Positions 48,654-59,894 of a DNA stretch of 64,000 nucleotides are shown here, piece after piece; within the stretch, counting starts at the first letter, position 1, and every line of letters starts with the position of its first letter. The position numbers and the translations under genes were made by a program. Source of the DNA: Myxococcota bacterium (GTDB taxonomy: Bacteria > Myxococcota_A > UBA9042 > PHBI01 > JAWLBL01). The notes under the pieces were generated by a model. It had not been told where the DNA came from and searched no databases. It saw only the letters and a program-made list of their open reading frames with translations. The stretch is taken from positions 96,001-160,000 of the forward strand of contig JAWLBL010000019.1 of NCBI GenBank assembly GCA_041687695.1. Reading direction: 5' to 3'.

Positions 48654-49261
48654 CGGTGGCGCCGACGCGCCGGCCATGCACGTCTCGCTGAGGGTCACGG
48701 CCCGCTGCGAGGCGCCGGAGGCCTCGGCCCACTGGGTCGAGGAGGACGGGATCGCGCGCATCGTCGCGCCCCGGCCGGCGGCACCGGCGGTCGGCGCGCT
48801 CAAGCGCTGGCTCGAGCGCTCCGGCTTCGACGTGGTCGACGTGCGGGCGCGTGGACGGAGCTGCCGCATCACCGCGAACGGCGCGTGGAGCCCGCGCGAC
48901 GCGCCCATGGCGGCGCCGGGCGAGCGTGTCGGCGGCGACGGCTGACCCGGGCCCGGGCCCGGGTGCGACCCGCGGGGAGGCCTGCCTCCCCGTGGCCCCC
49001 TCGCGGGTCGCGTCTTGGCCGCCGAAGCGGCGGTGGGTGCGAGGGCACCGGTCGCGGACATGGGCTGGCAGCGACAGCAGGCGTGTCGGCTGCGGGCCGA
49101 TCCCTGCAGGGGCCGGCGGGCTCGGGCCGGGAGGCTTTGCCGACGAGGCCGTCCGTCGCGGACCGTGGACCGTGACGCGGCGCCCCGCTATAAGGGCGCC
49201 ACCGAGGCGGCAGGCGAAGAGCGTGGCCAGAGGGCGCCCGAGGGCGTCGGAGGAGAGGGCG

Positions 49262-50662
49262 ATGGCGGAGACACTGCAGGTCGTGCATCCCTGGACGGGC
49301 GAGGTGGCGCTGGAGGTCCCGATCGACGGACCCGAGGTCGTCGAGGCCAAGGTGAAGCGGGCGCGGCAGGCGTGGAAGGCCTGGCGCACGACGACGCTCG
49401 AAGAGCGCACGGCGCTGGTGCAGCGGTTCCTGGACGTCGTCGCGGCCGAGCGGGAGGAGCTGGCCCGTTCGGTCTCGCTGCAGATGGGCAAGCCGGTCGC
49501 CGAGGCCCGGGGGGAGGTCGGGCGGCTCGTCGAGCGCGCTCGGATGATGCTGGCCATCGCCCCCGAGGCCCTGCGCGACGAGCACGTCCCCATCGGCGAC
49601 GGCCTCCGGCGCGTCATCGTTCGCGAGCCGCTGGGCGTCGTCCTGGACATCGCTGCCTGGAACTATCCGCTCATCATCGCCGGGAACGTGGTCGTCCCGG
49701 CGCTGCTCGCGGGCAACACCGTGCTCCTCAAGCACGCCAGCCAGACGCCGGGCGTCGGGCTGTGGTTCGAGGAGGCCTTCCGCAAGGCGGGCGCCCCCGA
49801 GGGCGTCGTCACCGCCGTGACCGTGCGCGGCCGCGACGCCGCCGCCCTCATCCAGCACCCGGACGTCGCGGCCGTGTTCTTCACCGGCTCGGTCGAGGGC
49901 GGGCGCGACGTCTATCGCAAGGTCGCTCAGCGGCCCGAGGGCTTCATCGACGCAGGGCTCGAGCTCGGCGGCAAGGACCCGGCCTGGGTGCGCGCCGACA
50001 TGCCGCTCGAGATCGCCGTCCCCAACCTGGTGGAGGGCGCCTTCTACAACGCCGGACAGTCGTGCTGCGGCGTAGAGCGCATCTACGTCGATCGCGCCAT
50101 CTACGACGACTTCGTGCGCGCCTTCGTCGAGGAGGCACGCCGCTGGCAGGTGGGCGATCCGCTGGCGCCCGACACGATGATGGGGCCCGTGGCCTCGCCC
50201 GGCACCCTGGACACGCTCGAAGCCCAGATCCGCGACGCCGTCGCGCGTGGCGGACGGCTGCTGCTCGGCGGCGAGCGCCTGCCCGGCCCCGGCTGGCGGT
50301 TCCCCGCGACCGTGGTGGCCGAGGCGAACCACGAGATGGCGCTGATGCGCGACGAGAGCTTCGGCCCGGTCATCGGCCTGATGCCGGTCGACGGCGACGA
50401 GCAGGCGATCGCGCTGATGAACGACACGGTCTACGGGCTGACCGCCTCGATCTGGACCGCCGATCTGGCCCGCGGCGAGGCGCTCGCGCGGCGGGTGGTC
50501 GCCGGGACCGTCTTCGTCAACCGCTGCGACTACGTCGACCCGGCGCTGCCCTGGACCGGGTTCGGCGACAGCGGAAAGGGCGTGACGCTCTCGCGCCTCG
50601 GGTTCGACCACCTGACCCACCCGCGCGGCCTCCATCTGCGCGACGTCCGGATGATGCGATAG
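49262..50662 (+). CDS. Aldehyde dehydrogenase family protein
   Basis: WNYP, FTGS, LELGGKDP, NAGQSCC, ESFGPV, YGLTASIW. Confidence 0.93.
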   Translation: MAETLQVVHPWTGEVALEVPIDGPEVVEAKVKRARQAWKAWRTTTLEERTALVQRFLDVVAAEREELARSVSLQMGKPVAEARGEVGRLVERARMMLAIAPEALRDEHVPIGDGLRRVIVREPLGVVLDIAAWNYPLIIAGNVVVPALLAGNTVLLKHASQTPGVGLWFEEAFRKAGAPEGVVTAVTVRGRDAAALIQHPDVAAVFFTGSVEGGRDVYRKVAQRPEGFIDAGLELGGKDPAWVRADMPLEIAVPNLVEGAFYNAGQSCCGVERIYVDRAIYDDFVRAFVEEARRWQVGDPLAPDTMMGPVASPGTLDTLEAQIRDAVARGGRLLLGGERLPGPGWRFPATVVAEANHEMALMRDESFGPVIGLMPVDGDEQAIALMNDTVYGLTASIWTADLARGEALARRVVAGTVFVNRCDYVDPALPWTGFGDSGKGVTLSRLGFDHLTHPRGLHLRDVRMMR

Positions 50663-50670
50663 GCGCCTGG

Positions 50671-51558
50671 ATGACCGAAGTCCCCAAGGACCCGCCCACC
50701 GACCTCACCCAGCTCACCCTGGCCGAGGTCCCGCTCGCTCGCATGGGCCCGGGCGGAGACCTGCGGCCGTCGTTCGTGGGACTTCAGCGTCCCTGGACCC
50801 GCCGGGGGGTGCACCGCTGGCTCGACCTGGTCGATCCCGCCGGTCGCTGGCCGGTCGCGGTCCTCGGCGCGCTGCCTGCTTCGGGCGCGCCGGCGCTCGC
50901 AGGCGCGCTGGTCGCTCTCTGGGCCTCGGAGCCGCTCGAGCGCTTCGACGACCTGTTCGATCGACCGCGTGGGCCCGCTGGTGACGCGTCGCGTCGCCCC
51001 CAGGGCGGCATCTGGCACTTCATCTCGGTGACGACCGACCCGCGAGCCCGCGGCGCCGATCTGGGCCGGCGCCTGGTCGAGGTCGCTCTGGATTGGGTCC
51101 GCGCCACCTCCGGTGCAGACGAGGCCCGCACCCTGTCGCCCGCGGTCGGCCTGCCCGATCTCGCAAAGCGCGTCGCGCCCGGCGCCCCGTTCGAGCGAGC
51201 GGCGATGGTCGCGCTGCGCGCGGCGGCCCGCGAGGACGGCTCGCCGGTCATGCCCATCGTCCGCCTCCACCTCGGGGCCGGGGCCTGGCTCGAGCGCGTC
51301 CTGTTCGACAGCCGGCGCGACGACGTGGACAGCGGCGCCGTGACCCTGCGGTTCGCCTACGCGGTGGACGCTCACCGTCGAGATGCCCAACGTCGGCGCT
51401 ACGGCGACTGGTGCGCCGCCCGGGCCCGCGCCGTCGCGGCCGGGCAGGCCTCGCCCGGAGGCGAGGGGGTCTGGCTGGCGCCCGACCGGGTGGACGCCGA
51501 CCTGGTGGCCGGGGCCGTCGACCAGGGCGACGAGCGCACGGTCGGGGGGCGCCCTTGA
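50671..51558 (+). CDS. Hypothetical protein with GNAT-like motif
   Basis: SVTTDPRARGADLGRRLV resembles acetyl-CoA-binding motif A. Confidence 0.45.
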   Translation: MTEVPKDPPTDLTQLTLAEVPLARMGPGGDLRPSFVGLQRPWTRRGVHRWLDLVDPAGRWPVAVLGALPASGAPALAGALVALWASEPLERFDDLFDRPRGPAGDASRRPQGGIWHFISVTTDPRARGADLGRRLVEVALDWVRATSGADEARTLSPAVGLPDLAKRVAPGAPFERAAMVALRAAAREDGSPVMPIVRLHLGAGAWLERVLFDSRRDDVDSGAVTLRFAYAVDAHRRDAQRRRYGDWCAARARAVAAGQASPGGEGVWLAPDRVDADLVAGAVDQGDERTVGGRP

Positions 51559-51693
51559 TCGGCAGGTCCAGGAGGCGGTCGCCCCGCGCCGGCGCGGGTG
51601 TTGGCGCCATGTCGCGAATCTGCTACGGTCACCTCCGGCAAATCGCCACGCGTTTCGTTCGCGTTGGGGACGGGTCGTCCAGGGGAGCCGACG

Positions 51694-53571
<1,878 letters not shown>

Positions 53572-53805
53572 GCGATGAACGCGGGCCTCACGGGCTCGCG
53601 CGCGCTCGTTGGGTCCGCTCGCGTTGGTTCACCCGGGCGTCGGGGGCGGCCCGCCTCGCTCCGGTCGGTTCGCGACCAGTCGCGAGCCGTCGTCCGGTGG
53701 CGCCGTTGCCCCGATGGGCCGGCTTGGGGTAGGTTCGACGGTGCGCACGGGGAGCTCGTGCGGTGGTCTGGGGCCGCGGTCGCGCGGCCAAGGGGAGGGT
53801 GATCG

Positions 53806-54930
53806 GTGCGGCTCACTTCACGAATCCTGGCGTGCGGGCTCTCCGCCGTCGTGATGCTCGGTTCGGTCCCGGCCTACGCCAACAGCTCCGAGAAGGAAGC
53901 GTTCGAGCTCTACCAGGCCACCCGCGAGGACTTCGACAAGCGCGACTTCGCGTCGGCGGTCGACAAGCTCACGCGCGCCTACAAGATGTTCCCCAAGCCG
54001 CTCATCCTGCTCAAGCGGGCCGAGGCCTACGAGGCGATGGGGCTCATCGAGGAGTCGCACGCCGACTACGTCGAGGTCTCGAAGGCCAGCGATGACATGA
54101 AGAAGCGTGTCACGCCCGCGCTCCGCCGCTTGGAGGGCCTGCTCGCCAAGCCGGTGTCCGTGTCGGTCCTGAGCGGCAGCGTCACGGGGGCCCGCATCAT
54201 CGTCGACGGCAAGGACGCCGGTAGCACGACGCCGTCGGTGCTCGAGCTGCCGCGCGGCGCCCACTCCATCCGCGTGGTCAAGGAAGGCTACAAGCCGTTC
54301 GAGATCTCGGGCTTCGTGGCCAAGGGCACCGAGACGCTGGTCGTCGAGGCCGGCCTCGAGCCGCTGGTCGGGCGCGTCCGGGTGCGGCTCGACTCGGGCA
54401 CCTTCGCGAACACCCGCGTGATGATCGACGACCGCCCGCTCTCCGTGTCGGACCCGGCCAGCGCGACGGCCGATCCCGTCGAGGTGCAGATCGGCAAGCA
54501 CGACCTGGTCTGCACCCGCCCCGACACCCCGCGCTTCTACAAGCCCTTCCAGGTCGAGGCGGACGCCGACGTCGAGGTCTCCTGCGACTTCAAGACGTTC
54601 CTGCGCGCCGAGGAGCCGTCCAGCGCGGCGGGGTGGGTCACGCTGACCAGTGGCATCGTCGCGGCGGGCGTGGGCGGCGGATTCCTTTACAAGTACTACG
54701 TCTACGACGAGCAGCGGATGCAGGACGAGAAGCTCCGCCGGGTCTCCGGCAGTGAGCACATCGTCGGGGCCGCGCTGGTCGGCGTCGGCGTCGTCACGAT
54801 GGGCATCTCGTACTTCCTGTTCCCCGAGGCCCCACCCGAAGGCACCGGCAGCGTCAACGTCTCCGGTTGGCGCCTCGACGTGGCCCCGCTGGACGGCGGC
54901 GGCCTGCTCGGCGCCTCGGGGCGCTTCTAG
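53806..54930 (+). CDS. TPR + PEGA domain protein
   Basis: Signal peptide; TPR-like helices; GARIIVDG...TTP...GAHSIRVVKEGY; C-terminal TMs. Confidence 0.8.
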   Translation: MRLTSRILACGLSAVVMLGSVPAYANSSEKEAFELYQATREDFDKRDFASAVDKLTRAYKMFPKPLILLKRAEAYEAMGLIEESHADYVEVSKASDDMKKRVTPALRRLEGLLAKPVSVSVLSGSVTGARIIVDGKDAGSTTPSVLELPRGAHSIRVVKEGYKPFEISGFVAKGTETLVVEAGLEPLVGRVRVRLDSGTFANTRVMIDDRPLSVSDPASATADPVEVQIGKHDLVCTRPDTPRFYKPFQVEADADVEVSCDFKTFLRAEEPSSAAGWVTLTSGIVAAGVGGGFLYKYYVYDEQRMQDEKLRRVSGSEHIVGAALVGVGVVTMGISYFLFPEAPPEGTGSVNVSGWRLDVAPLDGGGLLGASGRF

Positions 54931-55004
54931 GCTCTCGACGCCGCGCAAGGACGAGCGGCGCTGGAAGGGGCGACGCGTAACGGCACGGCGCCCACGACGA
55001 GACT

Positions 55005-55081
55005 GGCAGCGTGAACGTCTCGGTTGGCGCCTCGACGTGGCCCCGCTGGACGGCGGCGGTCTGCTCGGCGCGTCCGGTCGC
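55005..55081 (+). repeat. Degenerate duplicate of the PEGA gene 3' end (54847-54924)
   Basis: Near-identical ~77 bp with synonymous-position changes and a 1-bp deletion. Confidence 0.85.
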
Positions 55082-55234
55082 CCTCAGTCCCTCGGCGCCG
55101 CCGCGATTCCATCGACGTTCAGCGTAGGGCATGGCCAGCGAGCCGGAGCATCCCCGCATGCGACGCGAATCGTTTCCGTGCGCCGGGTCGCGACCGCTCG
55201 TCGCCACGGTGACAGATACTGAAGCCAGGCACGG

Positions 55235-55580
55235 GCTGCCACGGCTACGGACGACAGCCTCGGCCACGGCGACGGCCACGGCCACGGCTGACGGCCACGG
55301 CGACGGCCACGGCCACGGCCACGGCCGACAGCCACGGTCACGGACGACAGCCTCGGCCACGGCGACGGCCACGGCCACGGACGACGGCCACGGACGACGG
55401 CCACGGCTGACGGCCACGGCCACGGCCACGGCCACGGCCGACAGCCACGGTCACGGACGACGGCCACGGACAACGGCCACGGCCACGGACGACGGCCTCG
55501 GACACGGAGGACGGCCACGACCACGGACGACGGCCACGGCCACCGCCGCCTACCCGACGACTACGGGCCTCGCCACGGCC
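55235..55580. repeat. Low-complexity GGCCAC/GGACGA tandem repeat tract
   Basis: Dozens of (G)GCCAC(G) hexamers with higher-order unit ACGGACGACAGCCTCGGCCACGGCGACGGCCAC, between convergent genes. Confidence 0.85.
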
Positions 55581-55623
55581 GCGCCCCCGAACAGGCTCGC
55601 GGCCTACCGTCCGGTCGCCCGCC

Positions 55624-57849
55624 TCAGGCCGACCGCCGGCGCCGAACGAGCCCGAGCGCCAGCACGGTGAGCAGGGCCGCCGGCCACGGTGCCGTGCCGC
55701 CGCCCGAGCAGCCCAGGCCGCTGGAGGTGCCCCCCGCGCCGCCGCTCGTCGGCTGGCTCGGCTGGCCTACCTGGATGTCGGCGCCGCCCTTGGGGCCGGT
55801 GTCGTCGCTGGGGTGCGGACCGAGGTCGGCGCCGTCGTCGGCGGTCTGGGTCGCGTCGGCGCCCTGGGACGAAGCGGCGTCGGGCTCGGGCTCGGCCACC
55901 GGCGGAGGCTTGGGCGCGCAGTGGCCGACGGTGCTGGAGATCTGTTCGCAGACCTGGTCCACGCCGCAGGTCGAGGCGCCGAACGGGCTGCAGGGCTGCA
56001 CGCAGACGTTGTCGTGGCACAGGTAGGACTGGCAGGCGTTGTCCTGGCCGCACGGCTTGCCCAGGCTGTTGGGGCCGGGCGCGACGCAGACGCCCTCGGG
56101 CTTGGTCGGCGCGACGCGGCCGCAGGTCAGCCCCGAAGGGCAGGTCGCGGCCGGGTTGAAGATCGAGCAGGCGATGGCGCACACGCCGTCGTCGCACACG
56201 CCGCTGACGCACTCGCTGCCCGCCTGGCAGCTGGCCCCGTCGGGGACGCAGGCCACCTTGGCGCCCGGCGCGCAGACGTCGCCCGAGGTCGTGCCGACGC
56301 ACTGCATGCCGCACGGGCAGTCATCGTGCGAGCCGCAGCCTCCCGTGCAGACGTAGGCGCTGCCGCCGATGCTGGCGCACAGGTCGCTCTCGCACTCGAA
56401 GCTCCCCTCGCAGGTCTCGCCCACGGACTTCTGCTCGGTCTTGAAGCACCCACCCAGGCTCTGCGACAGGGCGAAGCACCCGTAGCCGTCCGGGCACTGC
56501 GCGCTGCTCGAGCACGGATCGGTGCACAGGTAGCTGAACCCGTCCCCGGCGCACAGCCCCGAGGCGCACTCGCTGCTGCTCTGGCACGGCTCCCCCGTCG
56601 CCTTGCTGCCCGTGGCGGGGGGCGCGTCCTCGAAGCAGGCCCCGTAGTTGACCCCGCTCAGGCCGTAGCAGACGTACCCGGCGGGGCAGGGCTGCGCCGA
56701 CGTGCACTTCTGACGGCAGACCTGGCCGCCGTCCTCGATGACGCACAGCTGGCTCTTGCACTCGCTGCTCGAGGTGCAGGCCTGGCCGTTGTCCTTGGTC
56801 CCCGTCGTCGGGCTGGTGCCCTCGAGGCACACGCCGAGGTTGGGCGAGTTCGAGTACGGCACGCACGTGAAGCCGCCGGGGCAGTTGCCGCTCTGCGGCG
56901 AGCACTCCTGCGCGCACACCCCCGACCCGCCGCTGAGCGGCTGGCAGAACAGCGGGTCCGCGCAGTCGTAGCTGCCCGAGCACCCGTCACCGAGCGCGCC
57001 GGCCCCGGTCGGGATCTCGTTGGAGATGCCGCCGCAGTAGCCGCCGGTGCAGGCGAGCTGGCCCGCGTAGAACTCGCCGTTGGGACCGTCGTCGACCACC
57101 AGCGGACAATCGGCGTTCGAGGCGCAGGTGTGGCTGCCCTTGGGCTGCAGGAAGCACAGCCCCTTCAGATCGTCGGCCTCGGGCGTCCGCGAGCGCATGA
57201 ACGGGTCGGCCGTGGGCGCCATGGTCGGCGGGTTGCTCTCGTCGTAGCCGCCCAGGTTGTGCTGCAGCCCGAAGTAGTGGCCGATCTCGTGGACCATGAC
57301 GTTCATCACGTCGGTCGAGTAGTTCGCGCCCGACAGGCTCCAGGACTGCAGGTAGCCGTTGAGCGCGATGTCGGCCTCGAAGATCGAGCCGGCGTCGGGG
57401 CCGCTGGTCCAGAAGATCGGCCCCGTCACCCCCAGCGTGTACTTGCCGTACGTCCACTGGCTGCCTTCGATCCAGGCGATCTCGTTCTTGCCGTTGTCGC
57501 CATAGCCGATCGACGTCAGCTGAAGGTTCTGGCTGAAGCCCTGCTCGACGAAGCTCACGTCGGCGCAGTTGGCCTTCCAGGCGGCGAAGCTGGCGCGCAC
57601 GGCGTCGAGGCAGGCGGCCGTCTGCAGATCCGACGAGCAGGACGGGTGCAGGTGGTAGGCCAGCGACTTCTTGTTCCAGCGCACGATGGCGCCCGTGTCG
57701 CCGCCGGTCAGCGTGACCGAGTACGCCAGGGCGGCCGGGGCCGCACCCAGGACGGCGAGCGCGACCGCCGCGGCGAGCGGCGCGCCGAAGCGGGGCGTGC
57801 GCCCGATCGTCACCAGGGGCGTGCGCCCGTGTGTCACCAGACGTTGCAT
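55624..57849 (-). CDS. Matrixin-like zinc metalloprotease with Cys-rich repeats and MYXO-CTERM sorting signal
   Basis: HEIGHYFGLQH plus Met-turn PTMAP; many C-x4-C-x3-C repeats; C-terminal GC...LLTVLALGLVRRRR. Confidence 0.88.
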   Translation of the reverse strand: MQRLVTHGRTPLVTIGRTPRFGAPLAAAVALAVLGAAPAALAYSVTLTGGDTGAIVRWNKKSLAYHLHPSCSSDLQTAACLDAVRASFAAWKANCADVSFVEQGFSQNLQLTSIGYGDNGKNEIAWIEGSQWTYGKYTLGVTGPIFWTSGPDAGSIFEADIALNGYLQSWSLSGANYSTDVMNVMVHEIGHYFGLQHNLGGYDESNPPTMAPTADPFMRSRTPEADDLKGLCFLQPKGSHTCASNADCPLVVDDGPNGEFYAGQLACTGGYCGGISNEIPTGAGALGDGCSGSYDCADPLFCQPLSGGSGVCAQECSPQSGNCPGGFTCVPYSNSPNLGVCLEGTSPTTGTKDNGQACTSSSECKSQLCVIEDGGQVCRQKCTSAQPCPAGYVCYGLSGVNYGACFEDAPPATGSKATGEPCQSSSECASGLCAGDGFSYLCTDPCSSSAQCPDGYGCFALSQSLGGCFKTEQKSVGETCEGSFECESDLCASIGGSAYVCTGGCGSHDDCPCGMQCVGTTSGDVCAPGAKVACVPDGASCQAGSECVSGVCDDGVCAIACSIFNPAATCPSGLTCGRVAPTKPEGVCVAPGPNSLGKPCGQDNACQSYLCHDNVCVQPCSPFGASTCGVDQVCEQISSTVGHCAPKPPPVAEPEPDAASSQGADATQTADDGADLGPHPSDDTGPKGGADIQVGQPSQPTSGGAGGTSSGLGCSGGGTAPWPAALLTVLALGLVRRRRSA

Positions 57850-57901
57850 GCCACGGCTCCCGAGGTCGGTCGTGGGACGGACGGAGGACGCGCGCGCCGT
57901 A

Positions 57902-58486
57902 TCAGGGCGTCGGCGGCGCCTGCTGGGCCAGGTAGATGTCCCGGACCAGCTCGCCCAGCGGGCGGGCGTCGCTCATCAGCGCCGGCTCGGCGTGCGCCAG
58001 GCGCCCCTGCGCGTCGCGGCGCATCAGATGCACGCCGCCGGTCGACTGGCGCACCCAGGCCTGACCGTCCGGACCGACCGCGACGCGCCAGACCCCCTGG
58101 CCGAGGCCGCAGGGCACGTGGCCGACGCTGGTCTTCTCGAGGAAGAGCACGACGTCCTCGCCCGCGACGAAGGTCGGCATGCCCGGGATGCGCAGCTCGA
58201 TGCCGTCGGCCCCGCGTCCGCCCACCATGCGCAGCGTGTAGCGCGCGGGCACCTCGGCGCCCCGGTAGACCTCGGTCACGCTGAGGTCCACGTCGGTGAA
58301 CAGCCCGCCGCCCTGCGGCCGCAGGTCGACCCAGCGGACGCCCACGACCCGCGCCCGGACCACCCACTCGGACGTGACGGTCATGTCGGGGACGTCGACC
58401 TGGAGCACGGTCGTCGCGCGCGCGGGCGCGGCGGACAGCGGCGCCGCCGCGAGCGCCAACATGAGGACGAGCGCCTTGGTGTTCAT
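57902..58486 (-). CDS. Secreted hypothetical protein paired with the protease
   Basis: Signal ending PARA-TT; GG...IPGMPTFVAGEDVVLFL...GLGQG. Confidence 0.7.
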   Translation of the reverse strand: MNTKALVLMLALAAAPLSAAPARATTVLQVDVPDMTVTSEWVVRARVVGVRWVDLRPQGGGLFTDVDLSVTEVYRGAEVPARYTLRMVGGRGADGIELRIPGMPTFVAGEDVVLFLEKTSVGHVPCGLGQGVWRVAVGPDGQAWVRQSTGGVHLMRRDAQGRLAHAEPALMSDARPLGELVRDIYLAQQAPPTP

Positions 58487-58639
58487 GCCCACTCCTGGTT
58501 CGAGGCGGGCGCAGCATACCAGAACGGCGCCCCCGGAAAACCCGCGGGAGACGCCTGGGACCGCGCGCGCGGTTCGTTGACGCGAACGCGCCAGGCCGGC
58601 GCCGTCGTCCCCAGCGGCCGGCGCGGGCGTCCGGGCGTG

Positions 58640-59104
58640 TCAGCGCATGGCGCGATCGATCTCGCGCTTGGCGTCGCGCTCCTTGAGATCCTGGCGCTTG
58701 TCGTAGTGCTTCTTGCCCTTGCCCAGGCCGATCTCGACCTTGACCCGCCCGTCCTTGAAGTAGAAGCGGAGCGGGACGCCGGTGAAGCCCTTCTCGCCGA
58801 TCTTCTCGGAGATGCGCTCGATCTCGTCGCGGCTCAGCAGCAGCTTCCGACGCCGCATCGGGTCGTGTTGCTCGACGCTGGCGAACGGGTACTCGGCGAT
58901 GTGGACGTTGACCAGGAACAGCTCGCCGCCGAACTCGGCCACGTAGCCGTCGCCCGCGGTGACCTTGCCCTCGCGCAGGCTCTTGACCTCGCTGCCCATC
59001 AGCACGAGCCCGGCCTCGTAGGTCTCGTCGATGGCGTAGTCGTGGCGCGCCTTGCGGTTGGTCGCGATGGTCTGGTTGTTCTTGTCGGACTTGCGGCTGC
59101 CCAT
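58640..59104 (-). CDS. smpB: SsrA-binding protein
   Basis: NRKARHDY, YEAGLVLMGSEVKSLR, RKLLL, GKGKKHYDKR. Confidence 0.97.
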   Translation of the reverse strand: MGSRKSDKNNQTIATNRKARHDYAIDETYEAGLVLMGSEVKSLREGKVTAGDGYVAEFGGELFLVNVHIAEYPFASVEQHDPMRRRKLLLSRDEIERISEKIGEKGFTGVPLRFYFKDGRVKVEIGLGKGKKHYDKRQDLKERDAKREIDRAMR

Positions 59105-59427
59105 GGCTCGGTCGGCTCCCTGAAGTGAGCGCTTGACTACCACGAAACGCCGCCGCCTGGGGAACCCTGGCCGCCGGCCGAGGGCGGATCGGGCCGAATT
59201 CCGGGCACCTTGCGCGCGACCATCCACAGCTCGCCCCCAGCGCGCCGGAGGCCTGTGGATGATGGGGATTGATGATCGTTCGAATTGTCGCCGACTTACG
59301 GCGGCGTCATCCGATCGTCACCGGGGCGGGTGACCCCGGCGGACCCGCGTGGCACAAGGGGTCCTCGCCGTCGCCGGGGGGGACGCGCCCAGCTTTCTTG
59401 CGCCCCCCGGTCGAGGCCCCATGCTGG

Positions 59428-59480
59428 CCATATATGGCGCAGCATGTAGTGTCCGGCATGGGTAGTGCACCAACATCTTG
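59428..59480. promoter_or_regulatory. NrdR-box-like palindromes upstream of nrdJ
   Basis: CCATATATGG (59428), CAGCATGTAG (59440), CAACATCTTG (59471); last two 31 bp apart; followed by TTGACG-N17-CATCTT. Confidence 0.6.
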
Positions 59481-59894
59481 GGTTGACGGCGGCCGAGCGA
59501 GTCGCCATCTTAGCAAGCCTTCAACGACGACGCGTTCGGCGAAACGAGCCCTCCGGGGGGAGGGGCGTGCCGGCCTCGTCCGCCTCCGGCTCCACGGCCG
59601 ACGAGCGCCTCGGTGCGCTCTCGGTGGGGGCCGACCCGCGAGCGCGACCGCCGCCCGTGGGCGCGCGGACCGTCGAGGGAGCCCAATCACGACTTTCGCC
59701 ACCGGCGACCTGCGCGCGGCCCCGGCCGGCGCTCTGACGCCTCGCGCCGAAGCGCCCCACCAGCCTCCGCGACATTCCAGTCATCGATTCCGACGCCCGC
59801 CGCCGCGCCCGGGCGTCTCGGCGCGAGCGCTGCCACCGGCCCTCGCGCACCCCACATCCGCCTTCGAACCCCGAGCCCCAGGAAGCGTGACCTC

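Noticed and set aside
54847..55081. Diversity-generating retroelement TR/VR pair
   Set aside because: Differences are not adenine-specific and no reverse transcriptase is present in the window.
55084..55670. ORFs with VAVAVA/TATATA/HGHG repeats
   Set aside because: Translation artefacts of the GGCCAC tract, open in several frames.
59105..59894. tmRNA (ssrA) next to smpB
   Set aside because: No tRNA-like 5'/3' ends (T-loop, CCA) and no tag frame ending in ...AA-stop were found; 'aacgacgacgcg' only superficially resembles a tag.
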